Source: Mobula hypostoma (taxonomy: Eukaryota). From it: DNA of 64,000 nt. The notes below the pieces were generated by a model. It was not told the DNA's origin. It did not search any database and worked only from the letters and a program-made list of their open reading frames with translations. The stretch is from positions 99,202,001 through 99,266,000 of the forward strand of contig NC_086097.1 in NCBI RefSeq assembly GCF_963921235.1. Reading direction: 5' to 3'. Shown here piece after piece: positions 24,780 to 37,129 of the stretch; position 1 is the first letter of the stretch; each line of letters starts with the position of its first letter. The translations under genes and the position numbers were made by a program.

Positions 24780-25040
24780 CAGGTCTCTCGACAGACCTCA
24801 AATAAAGCTGTGTCCTCTTTTATATCTGCTTTAGAGAGCAGTTTAATATCCCACATGAAAGACAGCAACTTTGGATTGATCAGCAGCCCCTCAGAGCTTT
24901 AACAGAGTATCAGAGATATTCAAATCTCTGTGGTGTGTTTGAAACACTGACCTACTGACTCAGAAGTGACACACACAAATTGCTGGAGGAATTTGGCAGA
25001 CTCTTGTTTGTGATTCAGTGGTGAATGTGCAACCAGTGCC
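24780..25040 (-). mobile_element. Ancient Deu-domain SINE-like remnant
   Basis: gtttaatatcccacatgaaagacagca...gcagcccctcag resembles the reverse of the 34680-34990 copy. Confidence 0.4.
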
Positions 25041-26324
25041 CCACAATTCTCTATGAAGCCATATTGAAGGCTATGGATAACCATTTTACTTCAGAAGTTT
25101 CTAAGTGTCAACATCAAACAAGTATTTCAGCAATGCCTCTTACATATTTACCTTCTGCATCTGATTCACCAGGTATATGACATTCCAAAGGTATGAATAT
25201 TGTAAATTATATTGATTTATCAGCAACAATGCATGTTTATGTGGATATAACCCTGCCAGTTATTATGGTTAATGTCACATTTATGGAACTAGTGTTGTGT
25301 AAATCCATAGTTCTATGTTTATTGCACAATATCTTTTATAGTACCGTTATCAGTATTGTGCTTGCCTTTTACCTCACATCTAATAGAGTTGTCACAAGGA
25401 CAGAATCTTCTACCACGCACAGGGGATACAGGCCTGACTAAGCTTCTACCTGTACAAACTATAACCTCAGCATCTGTAAATATCTCACTTGTGTCAGCCT
25501 ATCTCTGTTGAGTCACCACTGCAAAGCACAAGAGGAAATATACTCCATCTCTCCCAAATCAGAAGGCATACCAACCTTCCTACATTTGTTAAAACTCAAA
25601 CAACTTGAGACAAAGTCCAAAGTAAATTTCTTATCAAAGTACATAGGTGTACATCTACAACCCTGAGATTCATTTTCTTGTGGCCATACTCAATAAATCC
25701 AATGACTGTAATAGAATCAATGACAGACCGCACCTACTGGCTGTATGACCCATGTTCGACAGACAATAAACTGGGCAAATGAAAAACGAAAGAAATAATT
25801 CAAAGATTCAAGAATCAAAGCACATTAATTATCAAAAAATGTATAAATTATACATCTTGAAATTTGTCTGCTTACAGGCAGCCATAATAACAAGCAATAA
25901 TTATCGAGAACATGTGATGAATAGTCCTTTAAAGTGAGTCCGTAGGTTCTGAGAACCACCCTGAGATGGGGCAAGTGAAGTTTTTCAAGAGCCTGATGAT
26001 TGAGAGGCCAAGATGCCTGGGTTGGTCTCGAAAATAGGTTCCATATAATGATTTGAGGAGTTGGGTTGATTTTGAGTGGCAGAAAAGGTCAGTTAATAGT
26101 AAAATAACAGAAGTAATTTTTCAAGCAGTGAATGTAATCTTGGAGTAAAATAATGTGCTCCAAGGCTCATTATGTATTAAGACCAACTCCCTCTGAAAGG
26201 ACTTTGGGGAACCTAAGTAGAAGTAATCTGCTCATTGTATCTACACTAGCAAATTATAGGACCACTTAAAACTAATTCCTCTCATGAAGTCTTAATAATG
26301 AAGCACATTCTCCACTTAAACATA

Positions 26325-26830
26325 AAGTTCAAAGTTCAAAGTAAATTTATTATCAAAGTACATAGAGGTCACCATATATAAACCTGAGATTCATTTTCTT
26401 GCAGGCATGCTCAACAAATCCATAACAGAATAATAACCATAACAGAATTAACGAAAGACCGCACCAACTTGGGCATTCAACCAGTGTGTAATAAAAAAAC
26501 AAACTGTGCAAATATAAAAAGAAAGAAATAATAATAATAAATAAATAAACAATAAATATAGAGAACATAAGATGAAGAGTCCTTGAAAGTGAGTCCATAG
26601 GTTGTGGGAACATTTCAATGATGGATCAAGTGACGTTGAGTGAAGTTTTCCCCTTTGGCTCAAGAGACTGATGACTGAGGACTAGTAACTACTCCTGAGC
26701 CTGGTGGTGTGAGTCCTGAGGCTCCTGATGGCAGCAGTGAGAAGAGAGCATGTCCTGGGTGGCAGGGAATCCTGATGCTGGATGCTGCTTTCCTACAACT
26801 GCGTTTCATGTAGGTATGCTCAATGGTGGC
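26325..26830 (-). mobile_element. Rex1/Babar-like LINE 3' fragment with (TTTGAAC)n tail
   Basis: Reverse complement matches 47560-48040. Related pieces at ~25610-26005, ~30050-30360, ~32540-33440, ~36390-37110 and ~39000-39450. Confidence 0.7.
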
Positions 26831-27226
26831 GAAGGGAAACATCTTCCTTAAAAGTTCCAAAGGTCTCTAACTTAATCATTCTCCATGCCAAACCACAATC
26901 CCCTAAACAAAGAGATTTTCCCATGTCTATACTCAACTACTGACTTTCAAATTCCTTATGGCTTTTTAGAGGTTATGATGATATATTAAAAGAAGTACAT
27001 CCAGCACTTGAACGGTTGTCTAAGCAACAGTTTACAGAAATTTGCTGTCACACTTTCACTCCTGCATCCTCGTCCCCCCCCCCTTAATCAAATACAAAAT
27101 ACTCTAGGCATCTCCTACTTTTTTTCACTTTCTCCATTCTAATTCACACCCCATTCCATGCAATTTATGGATTTCAGCCAAGCAAACATAGGCTGCTTTG
27201 TTAAATGACAAACATAAAGGTGTGCT

Positions 27227-27614
27227 TGGGTGGTGGGATGGACACACATCTCTACCAAAGGAGATGTAAAGTGTCCCTTCCCTCTGCTAGCCTGCAGGTC
27301 ACCGTTAGCCAAAGTGTAGCCCCTGCTTAGCCCCCCGATTAGGGTCAAATGAAGCCATGGGAGCAGGTGGTGGATGGTCATATGAGTAACTGGTGCATAT
27401 CACACGTCCTGGTTACGCAACCAATGACACCAGGCAGACAGTCTCTGAGGAGTATTGATAATGGCTGGGGTCACCCGTCTTGTAAAGACACTGCCCAGTA
27501 AAGACACTGTAAAGACAATGACAAACCACTTCTGTAGATAAATTTGCCAAGAACAAGCATGGTCATGGAAAGACCATAATGAGCCACATTGTACAACACA
27601 GCAGATAATGAATG
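27227..27614 (+). mobile_element. Short non-autonomous RTE-derived retroposon, copy 3
   Basis: Same family; 10-bp TSD aaaggtgtgc/aaaggagtgc. 3' fragments also at ~30518-30642 (+) and ~48834-48940 (-). Confidence 0.7.
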
Positions 27615-27933
27615 AAAGGAGTGCAGTGACTACCTAGTGTCATTCTGCCCTTTACCCCTTGATAGTAGATCCACACATTAAGTGCTTTACACCAACTACC
27701 TTACCTCAATTAAACCAATAAAGCCAACGTAGGCTGAAGTGTTTCCTCATCATTTATGAAAGGAAAAATTGAGCAATGCTCAGCTCCTTCCTTTCTCCTC
27801 TTTTCCAGCGTTTTTCTGTAGTTTTCTCCATATTGAGATTACAGAAGACTGATGTTGTATCAGTGCTGTATGACTGATGCATATGAAAATATAACAAGAC
27901 ATTATTTCTTTACTCCAATATTTGCAGTCTTAC

Positions 27934-28044
27934 CTTGTTTTTTTGAAATATCTGGTTTATCCAATTGGTGAAAGTCTTTTTTTGCACAGCCATCCGTTGC
28001 TGCTGAAGCTCCTTGATGCGGCCTTTCTCAAACTCCTCGTCCAT
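27934..28044 (-). CDS. SPTBN5: Beta-spectrin (beta-V) first coding exon: ATG and start of CH1
   Basis: Translates MDEEFEKGRIKELQQQRMAVQKKTFTNWINQIFQKNK (37 codons), containing the spectrin/actinin QKKTFTxW motif. Acceptor ttttgtcttaaaccccaag lies 6 nt upstream of the ATG (exon starts at 28050); donor gtaag at 27933-27929. Not in the ORF track. Confidence 0.9.
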
Positions 28045-29338
28045 CTTGACCTTGGGGTTTAAGACAAAACAGAGTAGGGACAGTTACATCGTGCCTTCAG
28101 CTAGCATAGTGAACAGAACCTCATTTCACAAACACAATACTCAGCTTGCCACTGTGAATGCTTCAGAATTTATTGGCCATTGTTCATTGTAGTTTCACCT
28201 AGTTATGTCTGTTAACCTCCCAGTGAGAGGAGGAGGAAGAAGGGGAGGAACCAGTGACAAGAAGAGTAATGGCTTTTTGTGAGCAGCTTATGAAAGTGAA
28301 TACATTTTTCATCAATAATTTTGCAAGGGTTTCACAGGACAACAACTGTTTGAAGGCAAGCCATTGTTCTCTGAATGATGCCCTGAATTTGGCACACCAA
28401 CTCTTTCTACACTATGAAGATTCTAAGTTAAAATTTTACATTCAACGAGACTAGCAGATGAAGAGCCCATTTGGAACATCATTGATAATGCTGTCCAGTT
28501 ACCCATTCTCCTGATAGCTCAAAAGCTTTCTTCTGTTGAAATGATTGACTGATAGTGTTTTGGAAATTAGAACTTCAAAAATCCTTTCAGATAGTGGCAA
28601 TATTACAAAACACTACATTAATATTTCTTTCCAATTTACTTACTTTCCCTCAACTTCACCTGAAGCACTGGCTGATGCTGAGAACAGCAATCCAACTCTA
28701 TTCTAATTCAGTGTCGGAGCTCATGTTCTGCTTTGGTCAGCTGTTCTCCATCATGGAATTTCACTCTAAGACCTATTGTTCTTTATTTTTCATTCCCCTC
28801 CCTCAAAAAAGAAACTTCCAGCCTGCTAGAATCTGAATCGAAAACAGAAGATGGTGGAAGAACTCAGCCACACAGGCAGACCAGCACCGGAGGAAAGAGA
28901 AACCAGCTAACCAGTTAACATTTGAGCAAAAAGATCCTTACTCGGAACTGGGGGGAAGAGTAGACTGGATACAAAGCAGACCTGGGCAGGAAGAAGTGAG
29001 ATGTAAGACAAAAGACAGAAACATGAGTACTGACCATGAGGGAGGCATTTTTATCGAAACGTGGTGAGAAAGGGACATAAGCATGTTAGTAGTAAATAGG
29101 GAAACAGCAGGTTACCTGATGACTAAAACTTCAGTGTAGAATCCCAGAAGCTTACTGGATGGGAGCCCATCATAGATCCCTACAGAACAGAAATGACGCC
29201 TTGGCCCAACCTGTCCATGCTTATCCATGTGAATCCTATAGAATCCATACCCTTAAATGTCTTTCCTAGTGAAATAACTGCCAAACACCCTTCAAACATT
29301 GCAGTTGTATCAGTTTCCATCACTCTCCCTCCCCCAAT

Positions 29339-29722
29339 AACCATAAAACCATATAACAATTACAGCACGGGAATAGGCCATCTCGGCCCTTCTAATCTGT
29401 GCCGAACTCTTGCTCTCACCTAGTCTCACCGACCTGCACTCAGCCCATAACCCTCCATTCCTCCTGTCCATATATCTATACAATTTAACTTTAAACGACA
29501 ACGTCGAACCTGCCTCAACCACTTCTGCTGGAAGCTCGTTCCACACAGCTACCACTCTCTGAGTAAAGAAGTTCCCCCTCATGTTACCCCTAAACTTTTG
29601 CCCTTTAACTCTCAACTCATGTCCTCTTGTTTGAATCTCCCCCACTCTCAATGGAAAAAGCCTATCCATGTCAACTCTATCTATCCCTCTCATAATTTTA
29701 AATACCTCTATCAAGTCCCCCT
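29339..29722 (-). mobile_element. CR1 3' fragment nested in an older CR1 remnant (~29160-30050)
   Basis: IEVFKIMRGIDRVD...TRGHELRVKG...FFTQRVVAVWNELP. Confidence 0.8.
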
Positions 29723-31914
29723 CTGGCTCATTCTATATAATTAGTAGCTTCTCTATGAAAATCCTGCCCCTCAGATCTCCTTTAACATCCTTCCCTCTCA
29801 TCCTAGACCTTCACCCTTTTGTTTTAGAGTCACCTGTCCAAGGAAAAACATTCTGACTATCTGCCCTCTCTATGCCCTTGATCATTTTATAAACCTCTAT
29901 AAGGACATTCATCAGCCTCCTCCTATATCTTAGTGATAATAAAGTTAGCCTATCAATCTCTCCTTTGTAAAGCCCTTCACTTCAGGCAACGCCCTGGTGA
30001 ATCACTTCAGCACGCTTTCTGATGTTGCTTCCTGTAACCTAGCAAACAGAACTCAGAATCAGAAACAGATTTAATATCACCGGTGTATGTCTTCCAACAT
30101 GTTAACCTAGTGGCAGCAGTACAAAGCAATACAGGATAAAAATAAATAAGTAAATCAATTTCAGTAAGTATACATCCGTATATTAAATAATTAAATTAAA
30201 AATAGAGCAAAGACAGAAATAATTTAAAAAGTAATGAGGTAGTGTTCAAAGGTTCAATGTCCATTCAGGAATTGGATGGCAGAGGGGAAGAAGCTGTTAC
30301 TGAATCACTGAGTGTGTGCCTTCAGGCTTCTGCACCTCCTACCTGAGGGTAACGATGAGAATAGTACTGTACATAATACTCCAATTGCGGGTTGGCTAAT
30401 AATTTATACAGTTGCAACATGATGTCACAGTTGTCATACTCTATGCCTCAGCCTCTGATGGGAAGCCATCCAATGCCTTTGATACTACCCTATTTAAGGG
30501 AGCTACGAATTTATGAAAAACACTGCCCAGAAGAAGGCAATGGCAAACCACTTCTGTAGAATGATTTGCCGAAAACAAGCATGGTCAAGGAAAAACCATG
30601 ATCGCCCACGTCAGTAAGACATGGCACATAATAATGATGATGTTGAATTTGTGCCCCAAGGTCATTCTGTACGTCAACACTCCTGAGGTCATTATCATTT
30701 ACTGCATATGCCATTTGGATTGGACATCCTGAAATGTAAACTGACTGGTGTAATTGGGTGGCCAGAAGGGACTCTAAATAAAAGATATGGTGGAGAGACA
30801 ACTTTTTAAACTGCTGCATTTGTGTCTAAAGCACTTTTGGCTTATTTCATTAAATACTTTACTTCTTCTGACATTATTTGCCAAGAATTTCTGTGCACTG
30901 ACTGCAACACGTAGCACAGACTTCTTTTAGTGCAGATTTCTCCTTTCATACGGGTTGGTTTAGCTAAGTTATGAAAAGCAATTAGCAACTCGGAAGGCTG
31001 AATTTATAAATACTGGTCTAATATGATTAAGCAGCAGGGGCCTGTTACTTAAACTGGAGTTCTCTTTAAGCTTGAGCTATTTATGCAGAATTGTCGATTC
31101 AATGCAACTTCAATGTTCCACGTATACACAATTTCTCTGGTTCTTTTTTTAACAGACTCTCCGCATGGTAATCTTGTCCTACTGAAGAGCTAGACTTTGG
31201 AAAATCAAAGTTCAAGGAGGTAGATTAAAATATGAGGGAGAGTCAGCAGGTCAAAGGTTGTGAGTAAGAATTCTCTTTTGTCTTTTTAAAGATAAGTGGA
31301 ATTTGCATATTAACAGAAAAGATCAGCATCACTAATATTAAGTCTTTAACCTGGTCACTTTCCTCTCTCTAAAATATTGAATGACCTCGTTTTTGAATAG
31401 AACTGTGCCCTATTATAGTGTAGATAACACGAACTGGAGTGAGTATAAAGTTCTGTTTTATTGCAGCTTATAAAAGGGTGTGCCAGCTTGGGACTCTGTT
31501 TTTACAGATTAAGCCTGCCAATTTCAAAAACAGAAACAGAAACAAAAAAATATTCAAGCACAAATTCTGCTTTTCTTAATTGAGTCAATTATTTAAAAAA
31601 TACATTTACTGATCATTTATCTTAAAACTGATGATTAAAGAATAAATGAAGTCACTGTCTGTACACAACAGTTAGTAATTGCTCATTTGATAGCTTTAAG
31701 GTATATGCCTGCATGTGTGCAAGTGTGATAATACCTTTGTTGTTGATTAGCTCTTCTATTCCATTGTCATTTTCATCAAACCAATCTCTGTTTTTTCTGG
31801 TCTTGTATCCAATGATGTTTTTACAAATATCAAGGATGGTGGTCTTAGTCAGAAACTGGTCCTAGACTCCCCCATCAAAGGAACCATTCTCTCCACATCC
31901 ACTCACACTAGTCT

Positions 31915-32335
31915 AGAACCTGATGGCATGAACGTTGAATGTCCCAATTTTAGCCAAGCTGCTTCCCCCTTTGTCCCTTTCTGCTCTCTTCCTGATCTAC
32001 CCAGTTCTTCCCACACCCACCCCAGCTCCCATCACCCAGTTTCTATCTCTTTCTCCACCCTCTCCATCTGCCCATCACACACTCTCTCCTTCCACTGTTT
32101 GTATCTGCCCAACTCACCTGCCTATGAAACATGAACCACCTTCCTCCCTTATCGGATTCCAGCCCTCTGGTGCTTTCAGCCTCTGGATATTCCCATTTTT
32201 CCCTCCTCCATCTGCCCTTCTATATTTCAGTCCCAATGAAATCAGCTGTCCATGCCCCTCCACAAATACTGCATAACCCACCAAGTTCCTCCAACATCTT
32301 GCTTTTTGCTCCAGATTCCAACATCTACAGTCTTG
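31915..32335 (+). mobile_element. Degenerate Penelope-like 3' fragment
   Basis: aacctgatggcatgaacgttga followed by a pyrimidine-rich pseudo-LTR and ttgctccagattcca tail, as at 16420-16850. Confidence 0.55.
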
Positions 32336-34679
32336 CACGTTCAGAAGGATATGATTTGTCCAACTCAGTGCTGATAATATTGGCCCGAGAGAGGGCACTG
32401 GTGTTTGTTCACTTATCCTTCTGGTGGATCGGGGCAGGGGGAGGATTTTACAGAAATTGCATTGATGATTTTCTTTCTATCCTTGAGGGCCTGCTCTTCA
32501 TAAGCCAGCTCCAAAGGATACAGGCGAGTAAGGTTCCGAATTCAAAATAGATTTATTATCAAAGTACATATATGTAACCATATATAAGCCTGAGATTCGT
32601 TTTTTGCGGGCCTTCACAATAAGTACAAAGAAACACAATAGAAACAATGAAGAACTACACACAAAGAGAAACAAAGAACCAATGTGCCAAAGACAATGAT
32701 GTGCAAATACACAAAAGTAAACAAAATAATAATAATTATATGAATAATATTGAGAGCAGGAGCCGTAGAGTCCTTGCAGCTGAGTTCATAGATTGTGGAA
32801 TCAGTTGGAAGCTCAGTGTTGGGGTTCACTCTGGTTCAGCAGCCTGATGATTGAGGGGTAGTGACTGTTCCTGAACCTGGAGGTGAGGGGCCCTAGGCTC
32901 CTGTATCTCCTTCCTGATGGCAGCCACAAGAAGAGAGCATGGTCTGGATGATGGGGTTCCTTGAGATTGGAAGCTGCTTTCCTGTGACAGCAGTCCATGT
33001 AGATGTGCTCAGTGGTGAGAAGGGCTTTACCTGTGATGGACTGGGCTGTATCCACTACCTTTTATAGAATATTCTGTTCAAGGGCATTGATATTTCCATA
33101 CCAGGTCATGATGCAACCAGTCAGTATTCGCTCCACTGTGTATCTATAGAAATGTGTCAAAGTTTTAGATGACATGCTGAACCTTTACAAACTTCTAAGA
33201 AAGTAGAGGTGCTGCCTTGCCTTCTCTGTAATGCCACTTATGCACTGGAGCCAGGACAGATCCTTTGAAATGATAACACTGAGCAATTTAAAGTTAGTGA
33301 CCCTCTCCACCTGTGATCCCCCAATAAGGACAGGCTCCTGGGCCTCTGGTTTCCTCCTTCTGTAGTCAGTAGTCAGCTCTTTGGTTTTGCTGACATTGTT
33401 GTGGCACCACACAGCCGGATTTTCAATTTCCCTCCTATATAATGATTTGTTCCTTCCTTCATTCCCTTAGATCACAAGGATCATTTCTGCCACATAGACT
33501 ATGAATTTTGTGTCAGATCTGAGGTCTGATCTCTCAGAAAAGTAAACATAAATTTCCAACAGAGAGAAGAACAATGTCATCTGAGCTACACCTCACCATC
33601 ACGTGCATAAAATTATGAGCATTAATACGTCGTAGCTTTACTGCCTCTCAATTCCACTCTGTCTTTCAGATCATCACTTAGAGTCATAGAATTGAAGAAA
33701 AGTAGAGTGCAGAAACAGGCCTTTCACCCCTTCTAGTCTGTGCTGAATCACGCTTATTCTGTGATTTGAGCATTTTCTTAAACCTTGTGTAAAAATCTGC
33801 AGATTTCAGCCTTGAACATGCTCAACAACTTGTCTTCATAGCCTTCTGGAGTAGAGTAATCCAAAGAATATGAGTAAATACAGTTCAGAATTCAGTCCAG
33901 TACAGGTGATGAGAAAATAATTGGGCAATGAGTGGGAAGATTACCATAATTCATCAGAATTTTGAATCTTAATTATATGAATGGGTTCCCATTATCAAAG
34001 AATAAATAGAGCCATATATAGATAATGCTCAATAGTAAGACTGATTTCTACTTTGGACAATTTATTGATTTCCATTATAAAGTCAGTCAAAATAATGATT
34101 AACTTATAGTGCTTCAGCATCGTGTTAATTATTTGATTTGCTAAATGGCACATGGATTACTTATTTTCAGGCTTTCCCTTTTTGTTGATTGACAGTACGA
34201 AGGTTTTCATATTCAAAGAAGGGGAAAGTTACCAGGAAATTGCATTTCTGTAGACTCTATCACAACCTAAGCACTTTCCAGAGATTTTCAAAGCACATTC
34301 ACTGTTGTAATGTATAAACAACTGGTTTCTAGTCAGCAAGAACCAAGAGAGTAATTTTGCTACTCTAATCTATGGACAAGTATTGGTCCAAATCCTCTGT
34401 CCCTCAGGAAGGCAGTATCTTTCACTAACGGCTCACCATACAGAACAGGCCCTCTTCTATTGCTACCATCAAGGAGGAGGTACAGGAACCTGACGACACA
34501 CACTCGACATTTTAGGAGCAACTTCTTCCCCTCCACTGTAACTTGTAGTAACTTTCTATGCATTGTTGCATAACAACAAATGTCACGACATGTGTCACTA
34601 ATAATAAAGGTAAATCTGATTCTGATTCTTCTTCAAAATAGGCACCAGAGAAATAGAGGGTTGCACATTCACCTGAATG

Positions 34680-34990
34680 GAAAGGTTGGGTTCAAGTCTC
34701 GCCCCAACTTGAAAATCTTGACTGATAGCCCAGTATTATGTGCAGTACTGAGGGAGTGCTACATTGTTAGACACCTTGTATGCTCCCTCAGGATGACATA
34801 GTAATAAAAAATATCATTGCACTATTTAGGACAAGAGGTGAGGAGCTAGTCTTAATCTCCTTACTAATATTTATCCATCAACTAGAACAGATTAAGTGCT
34901 GTAGACTGGTTCTGTGAACAAGCTACCTGTCAAATTGCGATTGTTATAGTGGTAACACTTCAACGATACTTAATTAGCTGCCATATGAGC
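34680..34990 (+). mobile_element. Ancient Deu-domain SINE-like element
   Basis: gggttcaagtc B-box-like motif, gtgcagtactgagggagtgctacattgtt core, aatatttatccatcaac, and L2-like tail acacttcaa...tacttaattagctg. Confidence 0.5.
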
Positions 34991-35476
34991 CTAGACCCAA
35001 AACTAAGAAATAGGAACGGAAATGCTTCTTTGAACTACTGTTTGTCCGATCAATAGAACAAAAGTGGGGCCTCTACTCAAAGGACAGCATCTCCGCCCTG
35101 AAGCACTGGATTGATCGATTTAACTTTGTGCTCAGGTAGCCAGGCCAAATTTTAATCTTCTGGTACTGTCAAGAGTACAACTGTTTGCGACATGGAGAGA
35201 CAGATACACGTCAGCCTATGCATCTTAAGAAGGTTCCTCAGAAATGTTCTCAGACCAGGATTCCTCATGAGCTTAAACATTCAGGCTTTTAGGTGTCACT
35301 GGATTGAATCGTTTACTCAGCAGCAAGTGTATAGAACTGAACAGTGGACTGCTGTGATTTAATTTCGAATTTATTTCTACAAATAGTCCATTTAGTTAAA
35401 AACCTGAGAGAAATATGAACAGTTACCAAAAGAAAGCAACCAAAAAATCTCGGAAATATAAACTGAGATGGCCTAC

Positions 35477-35700
35477 CGGTTATCCAGGATGCCTCTCGTG
35501 ATTTTCATCAACAGTACCAGCCTCAGACTGTCAAGGAGCAATGTGCGCTCAACACCACTTCACCTGCAGTGAGTCAGGATTTATTCCTTTATAAGTCTTC
35601 TCTGATTCTGATATAACTTTTTATTTCTGCATGTGACCTTTGATAATGACTGAAAGGCATTTACAGTCATCCTCCTCCTCGTCAGCCAGCCAATCACCTG
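35477..35700 (-). promoter_or_regulatory. Candidate SPTBN5 promoter and non-coding exon 1
   Basis: Apparently repeat-free island. On the minus strand: TATAAAG at 35593-35587 and a ccg|gtaggc donor at 35477/35476. NF-Y-type AGCCAATCA at 35688-35696 and AP-1 TGAGTCA at 35570-35576. The first coding exon has an acceptor, so an upstream exon is expected. Confidence 0.4.
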
Positions 35701-36899
35701 ACCCACTGCATGGTTAGAGGCCGTTCAAAACAGAAAATGAATACAGTTGGCAGGGATGGGAGAAAACAGCACTTCCTACACAAGAGGGCAACGATTAAGT
35801 CTGTAACTGTGTCAAATTATTAACATCCATGTTATCACCCATCGGATGAAATCACAGCTGTATGCAGTTTCATTCACTTCAGACTTCTCAGAGCCATGAA
35901 TAATTTTTGCACTTAAATCTTAGTCATCAAGAGACCAATAGAAATTTGGGCCCGAATCATGGATGAGAAAGTCAGGATAATACAAGCACTTTATATATAC
36001 TTCAAAGGAACATTCAAAGTCAAAAGTCCAAGTCCATTTGAAAGATTAGATTTATTTGTCACGTGTTCACCAAAACACACAGTGGAATGCATCAACCATC
36101 AACACGGTCCAAGGAGGTGCTGGGGGCAGCCAGCAAGTATCACCATGCTTCTGGCGCCAATGTAGCGTGCCCACAACTGAATAACCTTCACCCGTACATC
36201 CTACTTGCAACGTGGTAGGCACCCGAGCACCCAGAGGAAACTCCAGTGGTCGCAGGGAGAACACACAAACTCCTTGCAAAGAATGGCAGGAACTGAATTC
36301 CAATCGGCGGTCACTGATGCTGTAAAGCATTGTGCTCACCGCTACACTACCACGTCATGCCTCGAGAGGCATACAGTGGATGGAATAGACAGCCAGTTTA
36401 TCGTCACCTGCACAAGTCCATGTATGCACAGATGACATGAAAAATTTACCTGCAGCAGCGCTACAGGAACAATGCACCATATAAGCAGTATTTATAAGAA
36501 AATGCATAATCTAAACAAGAATTACATGTAAATTATTTACAACATAAATAAGAACAAAAGAAGTCCATTTTTGTACAACATGGTCATACTATTGCTAAAT
36601 TGCCCTGATTAGGGTTCTGCAGATTGAAGGGAAGTAGTTGCTCTTGAACCTGGCAGTGCAGGGCTTCAGGGATCTGTACCTCCTGCCCGATGGTAGCTAC
36701 CAAAGATGGCATGGACCAGATGGTGAGGGTGTTTGATAATAGGTGCTGTCTCTTGAGACAACATTGTCTATAAATACCACCAATGGTCTGTGATGTGTTG
36801 GGCAGTCTACTGTTCTCCACAGCCTCTTCCTTCCTTGCACACTTGAATTGCCATAGCAGACCATGATGCAGCATACCTTCAGCAGTAATCAGGTTCTTG

Positions 36900-36978
36900 C
36901 TGGGTTTCCCAACCTGGGGTCCTCAGCCCCTTGCTTAATGGTATTGGTCCATGGCGTAAAGAAGATTGGGAACCTCTA
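36900..36978. mobile_element. Tiny hAT-like MITE
   Basis: Imperfect TIRs ctgggtttcccaacct ... agattgggaacctcta around ~47 bp; TSD not clean. Confidence 0.4.
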
Positions 36979-37129
36979 GTTTAGAGTGTTAAATGATAAG
37001 CCTAACCTCCTTACCCTTCGAAGAACGTAAAGAACCCAGCACGTTTTCCTGATGGTTGCACCTCTGTGTTTGGCCCAGGACAGGTCATCCTATATGTTAA
37101 CACCAGATCATTTAAACTTTAGATTTGCA

